IMG/VR virus record: IMGVR_UViG_3300027759_000002
Location: 32,001 to 96,000 of that record
Source of the DNA: a virus
Length of the DNA: 64,000 nt
Strand: one strand, 5' to 3'
Each line of letters starts with the position of its first letter. Position 1 is the first letter of the stretch. The notes beneath the pieces were generated by a model. It was not told where the DNA came from and made no database searches. It saw only the letters and a program-made list of their open reading frames with translations. A program made the translations under genes and the position numbers. Below, in pieces: positions 1 through 9,786 of this stretch.

Positions 1-328
1 AGACATATACATAGAGACATACGTGCCTAATAGAACCGCACAAATTGCCTTGTCAAATTACACGGTGATGAAGGCAATAATACCTGGAGACAGTAGTATA
101 ACAGCAGGAAGAACAGTTAACATCTTGTTATATTCTTTAGGTATGGAAGGCACACCGACAGCAGCCACAAGAGAAAAAGATGAATATTTTTCTGGCATAT
201 ATCTTGTAACTGCTGTTAGGCATATTATACAAACACAAGGTACATATCAAACTGTTTTGGAATTAGCAAAAGAAAATACAAAATTGAAATATCCAGACCA
301 ATCATATTTGGGAGCAGTGAATGAATAA
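1..328 (+). CDS. C-terminal part of probable baseplate hub protein (gp27/late-control-D-like), 5'-truncated by window
   Basis: Frame is open from position 2. Motif PGDSSITAGRTVNI...FSGIYLVTAVRHII resembles hub/GpD C-terminal barrels. Lies directly upstream of a gp5 OB domain. Confidence 0.55.
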   Translation, partial: DIYIETYVPNRTAQIALSNYTVMKAIIPGDSSITAGRTVNILLYSLGMEGTPTAATREKDEYFSGIYLVTAVRHIIQTQGTYQTVLELAKENTKLKYPDQSYLGAVNE

Positions 329-644
329 TAATTTTATAGGTAAAGATGGATTTATTTGGTGGGTCGGTATCAATGAATTCAGGGGTGATCCATTAGGTCT
401 AGGTCGATGCAAAGTTAGAATTTTTGGTTGGCATACAGATAATAAGATAGATTTACCAACGGAAGATTTACCTTGGGCTTTGCCGATGTATCCAATCAAT
501 AATTCAAAATCTTTTTCAGCACCTATGTTAGATGAATGGATTGTAGGTTTCTTCATGGATGGAGATTCCGGTCAAGCACCAGTAATGATGGGTGTATTAC
601 CTGGTTTAGAAAAAGAACCAGACCAAACAACACAAGAGATATAA
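321..644 (+). CDS. gp5: gp5-like baseplate spike, N-terminal OB-fold domain as a stand-alone ORF
   Basis: FIWWVG..DPLGLGRCKVRIFGWH..LPTEDLPWA..WIVGFFMDG..Q.PVMMGVLPG matches the T4 gp5 OB domain motif. Confidence 0.88.
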   Translation: MNNNFIGKDGFIWWVGINEFRGDPLGLGRCKVRIFGWHTDNKIDLPTEDLPWALPMYPINNSKSFSAPMLDEWIVGFFMDGDSGQAPVMMGVLPGLEKEPDQTTQEI

Positions 645-645
645 T

Positions 646-1515
646 ATGGCAACAGCAGAAATATTTACACCAGGTCAAAGTACTATCACAAATGTGGAAC
701 CAACAGGACCATCTTCAGGTGATTTACCCATCGTAGGTAATGCAAACTTAAAACCACCACTTGGAGCAGAAAATGATGGTCGAGTACCAGGAACACCAAC
801 TACACCTATGTGTGCAAGAAGTGTGGTTGATGGAACAAGTGTGGGTAACAACAATAAAAAATTAACCCATGTTTGTAGTTTCATTGATGATATGAGAAAA
901 AATATATACTTGAAAAAGTTTATCAAAGCAACTGCACAAGCAATTAGAGAACAAATTCGTGCAATATTGAAAGCTTTAGGTTTATCAGACAAATCTGGTA
1001 TATTTGCAGCGATTGCGGCCAAACTAAAAGAAGCAGCTCGTTGGTTGAAGACTGTACAGAAATTTTTAAAAGATGTTATTAATTTTGAAAAGTATGTGTT
1101 GGCATATATCACAAAAATTAGAGCCATAATTCAATGGATTTTATCATTACCAGCAAGATTCTTAAAAATGTTGGCTCAATGTTTAGCAAAATTCTTAAAA
1201 CTCGTGAAAAATGTTATGACAGACTTCTTCAAAGAACTCACAGCTGGTGGAGAAGATAGTGGTTTTTCTGATTTGATTAAATCAACAAAATCACTTATAA
1301 ATGAAACTGTTACTACAGTAAAATTGGCTGGTACTGCAGCTGCTGGTGCTGTTGCGATTGCAGGTGCTGCGACCGTTGGTTTAATGGTACCTGTTTCAGC
1401 CGCAGAAGTAAAAGCTGCAAATAAAACCATTGCTAATTATAGTGCATCATTACCAACAACAGACAGTGTTGCTAAAAGCCTTGAACCTAAAGATTTAAAA
1501 AAATCCACACCATAA
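646..1515 (+). CDS. hypothetical baseplate-hub-associated protein with long amphipathic, Lys-rich helical region
   Basis: 289-aa ORF between the two gp5 halves, tightly coupled (TAAtATG). No lysozyme motif recognised. Confidence 0.6.
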   Translation: MATAEIFTPGQSTITNVEPTGPSSGDLPIVGNANLKPPLGAENDGRVPGTPTTPMCARSVVDGTSVGNNNKKLTHVCSFIDDMRKNIYLKKFIKATAQAIREQIRAILKALGLSDKSGIFAAIAAKLKEAARWLKTVQKFLKDVINFEKYVLAYITKIRAIIQWILSLPARFLKMLAQCLAKFLKLVKNVMTDFFKELTAGGEDSGFSDLIKSTKSLINETVTTVKLAGTAAAGAVAIAGAATVGLMVPVSAAEVKAANKTIANYSASLPTTDSVAKSLEPKDLKKSTP

Positions 1516-1518
1516 ACC

Positions 1519-2391
1519 ATGACAGACACTACAGACATTAATTCTCCGCCAGCTGATAATTTGTGGACAGAACCTGAATCTGCCGCAAATACATATTATC
1601 AACCTGTTTATCCATATAACAATGTTCAACAAACTGAAGCTGGACATAAATTTGAAATGGATGACACTCCAACCAGAGAACGTATACGTTTATCACATAG
1701 AACGGGTACATTTATTGAAATGCATCCAAACGGTGATGAAGTACATAAAGTTTATGGCAACGGATTCACAATTATTGTCTCAAATAAAAATATATTGATT
1801 GGTGGTGATTGTAATATTGAAATTGGAGGTAATTGCAACCTAAATGTACTGCAAGATATGAATGTACAGGTTGGTGGCAATTACAACCTACAAGTTAAAG
1901 GTGACACAAACATCAGAGCTATTGGAGAAATAGATATATTGGGTGATAGTGATGTGAGAATTACAGCTGATGAAAATTTTGGCGGAACAATGTATCTCGG
2001 TGCAGCTGACCACATATCTATAGCATCTGATTTAAATGTTGGTGGTTCAATTCACGCAGATATGATTAATGCTGAATCTAGGGTTACAGCCGGTACAGGA
2101 GTTTACGCTGGAGTTGATGGATTCACAACATCAGGCGGTGTGTCTGCTGGATTCCCTACACCAGCATCACCAATTGCAGTTCCTGGTCAAATCAATGCAC
2201 TCACATCAGTGAATGCTGTTGTTTCAGTAAATGCAGCCATGGCGAACTTTGCTTTGGCAAAAATTAGTGTGATGGATGCGGTTTTAATGTCAGATAAAAT
2301 TAATACATCAATATTCAATACACACATCCACGGCAATGGTAATAATGGTACACCAACTACAATGCCAATGACACCATTCGCAGGAGTATAA
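1519..2391 (+). CDS. gp5: gp5-like spike C-terminal beta-helix protein with HxH tip
   Basis: YPYNNVQQTEAGHKFEMDDTPTRERIRLSHRTGTFIEMHPNG is the gp5 post-lysozyme motif. It is followed by 8-residue-like repeats (IGGDCNIE/IGGNCNLN/VGGNYNLQ/VKGDTNIR) and THIHG near the C-terminus. Confidence 0.85.
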   Translation: MTDTTDINSPPADNLWTEPESAANTYYQPVYPYNNVQQTEAGHKFEMDDTPTRERIRLSHRTGTFIEMHPNGDEVHKVYGNGFTIIVSNKNILIGGDCNIEIGGNCNLNVLQDMNVQVGGNYNLQVKGDTNIRAIGEIDILGDSDVRITADENFGGTMYLGAADHISIASDLNVGGSIHADMINAESRVTAGTGVYAGVDGFTTSGGVSAGFPTPASPIAVPGQINALTSVNAVVSVNAAMANFALAKISVMDAVLMSDKINTSIFNTHIHGNGNNGTPTTMPMTPFAGV

Positions 2392-2392
2392 T

Positions 2393-3247
2393 ATGGTAGC
2401 AGTGGCAAACGCAGCAGGAATTTTTCATTCATTTGGTTACGGATTTGATGATCCTAATGGTCATATACAAGAATTGTCCATCGACACAAAAGAACATATG
2501 GACACAATGCCACCTTTCATTACATCTTGGCAAGCACAAGATATTGCAAATAATGATTATGGTGGTTACTACCAAAACCCAATGCAATCTATAACCATGT
2601 TAATTTATACAAATGCAAATGCAATATATCAACTTGCAAACACAGGCAATGGTGTAAATAATATGGCCAATGTCAAAACCTCATCCACTGAATTAATGAG
2701 TAATGCAATGGCATTTTTGACACACACCAGTAAACAATCTGGATTAACAGAATATGATGGTTTAGATACACTCAGTCCATATATGGATTTAGCTATGAGT
2801 GCGGGTAGAACCGCAATGTATATTACTTATCAAACTGATGCGGTAACAAACAATGCACCAATTATGGGTAGTTTCACTAGTTTGATGATTGAACCACAAT
2901 TGATTGCAAATAACAATACTCTGTTAACATATAAACAACAATTTGCAAATAGTGTGACCATAACAACATCAACAACGATTGATCCAGAAACTGGATACTC
3001 CACAACAGTAACCACAGCAACATCAAATCTCACAAGTCAACAATTGACAACATTAAATACACAAATGAACAATATTAAGAACTTTATGAATCAGAGAAAA
3101 GTAGCTGATATTGATTTTTACAATAATGTTAAAAGGTTTGTTGACGGATACAATAAAACTAAGAGATTGAACAATATGGGTGAAACTGAAAAATACTTAG
3201 TTAATAATTTAATTGGTACCGAGAAGGCCAAGTCAAGAATTGCATAA
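2393..3247 (+). CDS. hypothetical protein
   Basis: 284-aa ORF coupled to the gp5 C-terminal gene. No recognised motif. Confidence 0.6.
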   Translation: MVAVANAAGIFHSFGYGFDDPNGHIQELSIDTKEHMDTMPPFITSWQAQDIANNDYGGYYQNPMQSITMLIYTNANAIYQLANTGNGVNNMANVKTSSTELMSNAMAFLTHTSKQSGLTEYDGLDTLSPYMDLAMSAGRTAMYITYQTDAVTNNAPIMGSFTSLMIEPQLIANNNTLLTYKQQFANSVTITTSTTIDPETGYSTTVTTATSNLTSQQLTTLNTQMNNIKNFMNQRKVADIDFYNNVKRFVDGYNKTKRLNNMGETEKYLVNNLIGTEKAKSRIA

Positions 3248-3332
3248 TTGCCGAAATTTCGAATTTTTGCGTTCCGGCCTAAGAATTTTCTCCCACAGCT
3301 TCGAAAATACAAAAAAGCGTTTTACTCCTAGA

Positions 3333-3340
3333 CATAAATA
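3333..3340 (+). promoter_or_regulatory. T4-type late promoter (CATAAATA)
   Basis: Matches the TATAAATA/NATAAATA gp55-dependent consensus. Intergenic, 4 nt before the gp25 ATG. Confidence 0.65.
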
Positions 3341-3344
3341 AAAG

Positions 3345-3746
3345 ATGGCAACCTCACAAACTATACAAAAACTATACTCCGATATAGATTTCACACTCGC
3401 AAAGAGGCCTGTGTTGAATGATATCGCTTTAAGTTATGATAATCAAGCCATCATCCGTTCTTTGAGAAACATATTATTAACAAAAAAGTTTGAAAAACTA
3501 TGGAATCCAGATTTTGGATCTAATATAGACACCCTTTTATTTGAAAATATCTCCAGTGTTACAGCTGCGGCTTTAGAAAAAGAAATTTCAGTTGCAATTG
3601 CAAACTATGAACCTAGGGTAAATATGAAAAATGTAGTAGTGACACCATACATTGACAGAAATGCTTATGATGTTACACTAACTTTTTATATATCAAATGC
3701 AACACAACCAACTACTGTAACAGTTTTTTTAGAGAGAAACAGATAA
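3345..3746 (+). CDS. gp25: baseplate wedge subunit gp25
   Basis: YSDIDF..AIIRSLRNILLT..E..WNPDFGSNI..LLFE..IANYEPRV is the GPW/gp25 family signature. Confidence 0.93.
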   Translation: MATSQTIQKLYSDIDFTLAKRPVLNDIALSYDNQAIIRSLRNILLTKKFEKLWNPDFGSNIDTLLFENISSVTAAALEKEISVAIANYEPRVNMKNVVVTPYIDRNAYDVTLTFYISNATQPTTVTVFLERNR

Positions 3747-3747
3747 A

Positions 3748-5826
3748 ATGGCAGGTGCTAATTCAAATTTCAACATAACCGAACTAGATTTCGGTTCAAT
3801 CAAAGACAGTTTAAAAAACTACATGAAGGACAATGGCGTCCTTAATGATTATAATTATGAAGGTTCTGCAATTTCCACCCTTTTAGATATACTGGCATAC
3901 AATACACAATATAATGCCTACTATTTGAATATGGTTGCGAATGAAATGTTTTTAGACACAGCTCTACAAAGAAACTCTGTTGTTTCTCAAGCAAAATTAT
4001 TAAATTACATTCCACAATCTGCGATTGCGCCTTCAGCCACAATTAATTTGAGAGTAAATCAGGTGACTGATGCTTCATTGACACTGCCAAAATATACGAG
4101 CTTTCTATCTGAAGCTATTGATGGTATCAATTATAATTTTGTGAACACAGATTCACACACAGTTAATGTAGTTAATGGTGTTGCACAGTTTAATGAAATC
4201 ACATTAAAACAAGGCAGTTCACAAGTATATTCTTTTTTAGTAGATGTTGGTACAAATACCAAGTCATTATTTAAGTTACCAGACACAAATATTGATACAA
4301 CCACACTGTTGGTTGCAGTGCAAGAATCTTCATCAAACAATTACCTAACAACATTTAGTTCAGCATCTGATTATTTAACATTGAATAATAGTTCTGCGGT
4401 ATACTTCTTACAAGAAGGTTTGAACGGTTACTTCGAAATCTATTTTGGTAATGGAATATTAGGTAAAGCATTGAAGAATGGTAATATTGTTAAAGTTTCT
4501 TATGTTACCACTCAAGGTTTAAGTGGTGCTGGCGCAAACAATTTCGTAATAATGAACACTATTGCTGGTTATAGTAACACAGTTGTTACACCTATCACTT
4601 CAGCATCACAAGGTTCATCAAGAGAAACAATTGATTCTATTAAATTACAAGCACCAAAATCATATGCCGCACAAAATCGTGCCGTCACCAAAGATGATTA
4701 CATTACAGCAATTCAACAAAATCAATTAGGTTATTCATTTGATGCAGTAAACGTTTGGGGTGGCCAACAGAACGATCCTCCTGTTTATGGTCGTGTATTT
4801 GTTTGTATGAAACCAACTGGTGGTTACACAATAACACAAAATCAAAAAGCAAAACTCATCAAAGATGTATTGAAACCAATTTCAATAATGACAGTTGAAC
4901 CAACAATTGTTGATCCAGATTATACTTACGTTCAAATTACAGCAAACGTATTGTATGATCCTAAGAAAACTACCGCATCAGCTGCACAAATCAAAGCGGC
5001 TGTTAGAAGTGTGATATATTCTTATTCATTATCAACATTAAACACATTTAATTCCACTTTTAAAGCATCAGATTTTAACAACAGAATTAATGCGGCCGAT
5101 GCATCTATTATTACGAATGAAATTTCTATTAAACTACAGAAAAAATTCTTTCCAAATCTAAGTACACCAACAACATACAAACTTTATTATGGTACAGAAC
5201 TGAAAAAAGGTATGTTTTTAAGTGGTATTTTAAGTACACCAACAGTTGTTTATAGAAACCCGTTAAACTTGGCTCAAACAATTCAAGGCCTTAACATTGA
5301 AGAAGTGCCTTCTTCTACAGGCGGTGTAGAATCAATCACAGTTACAAATCCTGGTTTTGGATATGAGTATCCTCCTACAGTTACAGTTTTAGGTGATGGT
5401 AGTGGCGCAACGGCAGAAGCTGTGGTGGTCAATGGTATTATCAAACAAATAAATGTTTTGACAAAAGGTGTAGGGTATACTTCAGCAATAGTAACAATCA
5501 CAAACAAATCAAATGATACAACAGGTACATTAGGTGCAGCAACAGTGGCACTTGAAGGTAAATATGGTACTTTAAGAACTTATTTTAATGATACATTAAA
5601 TGTGAAGACTGTATTTGATGGAAACATTGGTACGGTTGATTATAAATCTGGCATTATTACATTAAATTCCTTTGCACCAATTATAGTTGATAATGAATTG
5701 GGACAATTGACGATGACAGTAACACCAACATCAACTATCATTTCATCATCTTATAATAGAATCATAACGCTTGATGAATATGATCCACAATCAATCATTG
5801 TTAATGTAACAGCTAAAACAACATGA
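3748..5826 (+). CDS. gp6: baseplate wedge subunit gp6
   Basis: ELDFGSIKDSLK..DYNYEGSAISTLLDILAYNTQYNAY..NEMFLDTA..ETIDSIKLQAPKSYAAQNRAVTKDDY are gp6 motifs. Follows gp25. Confidence 0.93.
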   Translation: MAGANSNFNITELDFGSIKDSLKNYMKDNGVLNDYNYEGSAISTLLDILAYNTQYNAYYLNMVANEMFLDTALQRNSVVSQAKLLNYIPQSAIAPSATINLRVNQVTDASLTLPKYTSFLSEAIDGINYNFVNTDSHTVNVVNGVAQFNEITLKQGSSQVYSFLVDVGTNTKSLFKLPDTNIDTTTLLVAVQESSSNNYLTTFSSASDYLTLNNSSAVYFLQEGLNGYFEIYFGNGILGKALKNGNIVKVSYVTTQGLSGAGANNFVIMNTIAGYSNTVVTPITSASQGSSRETIDSIKLQAPKSYAAQNRAVTKDDYITAIQQNQLGYSFDAVNVWGGQQNDPPVYGRVFVCMKPTGGYTITQNQKAKLIKDVLKPISIMTVEPTIVDPDYTYVQITANVLYDPKKTTASAAQIKAAVRSVIYSYSLSTLNTFNSTFKASDFNNRINAADASIITNEISIKLQKKFFPNLSTPTTYKLYYGTELKKGMFLSGILSTPTVVYRNPLNLAQTIQGLNIEEVPSSTGGVESITVTNPGFGYEYPPTVTVLGDGSGATAEAVVVNGIIKQINVLTKGVGYTSAIVTITNKSNDTTGTLGAATVALEGKYGTLRTYFNDTLNVKTVFDGNIGTVDYKSGIITLNSFAPIIVDNELGQLTMTVTPTSTIISSSYNRIITLDEYDPQSIIVNVTAKTT

Positions 5827-8800
5827 TAGAAAACGGCCAACTAACCTCTTTACTGGTTAAAGACCAGTTACCTGAGCACATTCGTGACAATGACCAATAT
5901 ATAAACTTTCACACATTCATTAAGGCATACTATGAATGGATGGAAGAAACGGGAAAGGTATCGGAAAGAACTCAGAATTTGTTATCATATAAAGATATTG
6001 ATACAACAACAGAAGAATTTTTAGATTACTTTACGAATGATTTTTTACCTTTCTTTCCAAAAGATACTCTATTAAGCAAAGAAGAAACGGTTAAAGTTGC
6101 CAGACAGTTATATAAAACCAAAGGTACACCGGCATCGTATGAGTTTCTTTTTCGTGTTCTTTTCAATTCCGATTTTGAAGTATTTAATACCAAAGAAGCC
6201 GTATTCAAAGCATCAGCTGGTACATGGTATGTTTCAAAGAGTTTAAAACTTGCATCAAGTAACCGTAATTTTTTAAACACCAAAAACTTAAGAGTGTTTG
6301 GTTTAGAATCAAAATCTATTGCAACAATTGAAGCCGCAGTATTGGTTGGTGATAAAACTGAAATCTTTATCTCAGATATTGAACGTCTGTTTGAGTCTGG
6401 AGAATTTGTTAAGATAGTTGATTCAAACAATCAAGATGTGTTGTTTAACGGTCAAATACTTACAGCAAAAATTGTAGGTCAAATCAGTCAAATTAAAATA
6501 AACTCCGTTAAACGTGGTTCTTTATACCAACCAGGTGATCCTGTTGTTGTTTATGATGGTATGGATGATGACACGACTGGTGTTGGTGCATCTGCTATTG
6601 TTTCAGAAACAACAAGAGGTTCTCTACAACGTATCAATGTTGTTAATGGTGGTTTTGGTTATACTTTAAAACCAAACACCGTTGTTACAGTGATTGGTGG
6701 TGGAGGTGCTAGAGCAAACGTATATGCTTTGTCTAATTTCTTACCACCATCTTACACTATTGTTAATGGCGGTTCAGGTTATAGAATAAATGATAGAGTG
6801 AATTATGCTAATGCGGCCTTTGCTTATGTTACTAGTGTTAGTGCAAACGGTTCAATTACAGGTATTAAATATGTACCTTCTGTAAATGCACAGGCTGTTG
6901 TCAGTCTTACCGCAACAGTACAATCATCTAATGCTTTGGCTAGTGGTGCAGTTATAACAACAGCATCTTCACCTGGTAATGCAAGAGCAAATGTTGGTTA
7001 CATTACAACTGATGTTATTGGATTCAAAAGTAATGTTTTAATTAGCAATAGTAATTTCTTTTTTGCAAACATGGCAAGTGCAAATGCAAACACAAGATTG
7101 ATTGATGCACTTTCTTTTGGTTCATTAGAGACAAGTTCAATATTCAGTATGATTGTTGACAATGGTGGCGGCGGTATTTCTACTGTGCCTGAAGTAGAAG
7201 TTATATCTACTATAAAAACTGAAGATGAATTTGATGTTTATTCAGCCTTACGTTCTGATATTGCACCGCTTGGTATACTTGCACCAATTCAAATCATTAA
7301 TGGTGGAGGTTGGTATCAAGCAAACGATAGAATAGTTTTCAGTGGAGGTTCTGGTCGAGGTGCATACGCAAACGTTACCAGCGTTGGTGCGAACGGTACC
7401 ATAACAGGAGTATCTTATTTTTATAATCCAGCCAATCCATTTCCACTCTATACATTAGGTGGAACAGGTTACAAAAATGAATTTCTACCCTCAGTAAGTG
7501 TACAATCAGCAAACGCACGAGCATCTGGTGCAATCTTAACAGTACCTGGAATACTAGGCACTGGTGCTGACTTCTCTTTAGTTGTTGACCGAGTTGGTTC
7601 AGTTACTACAATTGGCATACAAAATTATGGCGAAGATTACTCATCACAACCAGGCGTATCATTAAAGATACAAGATATTGTTGTGTCAAACGTTGCGATT
7701 GAAAATCTACCACGTAAAGGTGAGGTCATCTATCAAGGTCCGACAATCAACCTATCAACATATACCGCCAGAGTTAATTCAGTATCGTTATTGGCTCCAG
7801 ATGCAAACACACAATTGTCACTGTACAATCTACAAGTGTTTAACTACAATGCAAATCCAAATCCAAATTTAACATTGAAGATATTAGGTGAAGATAGAAA
7901 CATCAATCTCAAGATGGCCAACTCGGCATTTCCGCAATTTGAAAAATCATATAGTTACTTTGATGCATCAGGCAATAGAACAGTATACACCAGAAACTAT
8001 AACAAACAAGGTTACATTTCATATGGTGACGGTTCAGCAAAAGCAAACGCAACATTCTTAAATGGACTGGTCATTGGTGATGGTCAGTATTTGACCTCAC
8101 AAGGACAACCAAGTTCATTCGACATTATGCAGGACGATAAGTACAATAACTTTACCTATTTGATTACAGTTGATAAAGAGATTTCAAAATACAGAGAAGT
8201 TCTTTTAGGTCTGTTACATCCTGTAGGAACAAATGTGTTAGGACGTTATGGTTTAAAATCAAACAATAATATAAGTTCACATGTTTATGAAGCAATGTAT
8301 CTAGGTAAACCATGGTCTTATTATATTAATATGAATGTAGAAAATGTGGTAACAATTGTAACAGATTTTACGAATAAAAGTAATAACAAAATTAAAATCA
8401 ATCAAACAAATGGTGCAAACTTACAGCAAATATTTACTCCAAATACACACATTCTTATTAAAACTAAAAATGGACCAAATGTATATTCGGAAATTGTTTC
8501 AGTTAACAATGAAACAAGTATAGTTACACTTGCAAGTAATGTTTGGCTGACCTATGCAAACGTTGCCGTGGTAACAGGTAACTCTGGTTCAAACGTACTA
8601 AATATTACATCTTTAACCGGTCTGTATGACTTGATGAACAATGGAAACTATAGTGATCCAAATTATCCAATAAGAGATATTGTTTATCGTGGTGACATTG
8701 TTCTTGTTGATAATAATTCAAGTAAGGTAGTTAATACAGTTGATTATATAAACAAAAAAATATATTTGTCAACTAATTTAACCTCAACGACAAATTCTTA

Positions 8801-8957
8801 TATGGCTGTGAAAAGAACCTTCATTGCAAACAGTACCGTATCATCAAGTCAAATTGAATTATATGGTTCAGCTGGAGTACCATATATGCCAGAACTTGCC
8901 ACAGAAAGTGGTGATACATTAATAACAGAAGATGAAAATTCAATCCTATTGGGGTAA
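5823..8957 (+). CDS. gp7: baseplate wedge subunit gp7-like
   Basis: QLPEHIR..FIKAYYEWME..LYKTKGTPASYEFLFRVLF N-terminus and YREVLLGLLHPVG motif. Sits between gp6 and gp8. Confidence 0.75.
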   Translation: MIENGQLTSLLVKDQLPEHIRDNDQYINFHTFIKAYYEWMEETGKVSERTQNLLSYKDIDTTTEEFLDYFTNDFLPFFPKDTLLSKEETVKVARQLYKTKGTPASYEFLFRVLFNSDFEVFNTKEAVFKASAGTWYVSKSLKLASSNRNFLNTKNLRVFGLESKSIATIEAAVLVGDKTEIFISDIERLFESGEFVKIVDSNNQDVLFNGQILTAKIVGQISQIKINSVKRGSLYQPGDPVVVYDGMDDDTTGVGASAIVSETTRGSLQRINVVNGGFGYTLKPNTVVTVIGGGGARANVYALSNFLPPSYTIVNGGSGYRINDRVNYANAAFAYVTSVSANGSITGIKYVPSVNAQAVVSLTATVQSSNALASGAVITTASSPGNARANVGYITTDVIGFKSNVLISNSNFFFANMASANANTRLIDALSFGSLETSSIFSMIVDNGGGGISTVPEVEVISTIKTEDEFDVYSALRSDIAPLGILAPIQIINGGGWYQANDRIVFSGGSGRGAYANVTSVGANGTITGVSYFYNPANPFPLYTLGGTGYKNEFLPSVSVQSANARASGAILTVPGILGTGADFSLVVDRVGSVTTIGIQNYGEDYSSQPGVSLKIQDIVVSNVAIENLPRKGEVIYQGPTINLSTYTARVNSVSLLAPDANTQLSLYNLQVFNYNANPNPNLTLKILGEDRNINLKMANSAFPQFEKSYSYFDASGNRTVYTRNYNKQGYISYGDGSAKANATFLNGLVIGDGQYLTSQGQPSSFDIMQDDKYNNFTYLITVDKEISKYREVLLGLLHPVGTNVLGRYGLKSNNNISSHVYEAMYLGKPWSYYINMNVENVVTIVTDFTNKSNNKIKINQTNGANLQQIFTPNTHILIKTKNGPNVYSEIVSVNNETSIVTLASNVWLTYANVAVVTGNSGSNVLNITSLTGLYDLMNNGNYSDPNYPIRDIVYRGDIVLVDNNSSKVVNTVDYINKKIYLSTNLTSTTNSYMAVKRTFIANSTVSSSQIELYGSAGVPYMPELATESGDTLITEDENSILLG

Positions 8958-8960
8958 ACA

Positions 8961-9776
8961 ATGTCAACAGTAAAAATTTCGCAATTAACACAGGGTAGTA
9001 CAACAACCAACAAAGCAAATACAATTTTTGTTGGTGTGAACTTGGAAGCAGGCAGCACCAATTCATACACACTAGAACAAATTTTTCAATTGTCTGATGC
9101 ATTTGCACAGGCGGCTTTCTTACAGGCAAATACACCATCCAGTGTTGCAAATTCTGCTGGCAATTTTGCTAACGGTGCCTTCACAAGAGCGAACTCTGGT
9201 TATATACAAGCCAACAGTGCTGCATCTTTTGCTAATGGTGCATTTGTAACGGCTAATGCATCATATGATTCACAAAATACTACTGCAACATTTGCAAACG
9301 GTGCTTTCTTAAGAGCCAATGCCTCTTATACAGCACAAAATACCACAGCAACATTTGCTAATTCAGCATTCACCAAAGCAAACAACGCATTAGCAAATAC
9401 AAGTGGCACATTTGCTGGTGACCTAATCATCACTGGTTATGTTGAACCAAAAAACGGTTTCGTTCATACACCGACAGTTTTAGCTAGTGCTCAGACTGCA
9501 ATTACAATTAACATGTCAACACAATCAATGGTGCGAGCTCAGACTGCTGCAGGATTGGTAGTAACGTTATCTAATTTATTAACAGGTAAAGAAGTTGTTG
9601 CGTGGATTACAAATACTGCAGCTACCAGCCAAGTGTTTACACACGGTGTTTCTGCATTAAACTCAACAATTAATGCAACAACATATTCGATACCAGCAAC
9701 ATCAACTATTTTAGCAAGATATATGTGTGTTGATGGAACAACACAAAATACTTTTGTAGCTATCACTCGAGCATAA
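8961..9776 (+). CDS. short fibre-like protein (KISQL N-terminus, AN heptad stalk)
   Basis: MSTVKISQL start, ANSAASFANGAF-type repeats, and a C-terminal beta-rich domain. Confidence 0.6.
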   Translation: MSTVKISQLTQGSTTTNKANTIFVGVNLEAGSTNSYTLEQIFQLSDAFAQAAFLQANTPSSVANSAGNFANGAFTRANSGYIQANSAASFANGAFVTANASYDSQNTTATFANGAFLRANASYTAQNTTATFANSAFTKANNALANTSGTFAGDLIITGYVEPKNGFVHTPTVLASAQTAITINMSTQSMVRAQTAAGLVVTLSNLLTGKEVVAWITNTAATSQVFTHGVSALNSTINATTYSIPATSTILARYMCVDGTTQNTFVAITRA

Positions 9777-9782
9777 TAAATA
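9775..9782 (+). promoter_or_regulatory. T4-type late promoter (AATAAATA)
   Basis: Consensus match 4 nt before the gp8 ATG. Confidence 0.5.
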
Positions 9783-9786
9783 AACC

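Noticed and set aside
640-650. Programmed frameshift or readthrough joining the gp5 parts
   Set aside because: The junctions are ordinary TAA-n-ATG couplings in different frames, with no slippery heptamer or downstream structure seen.
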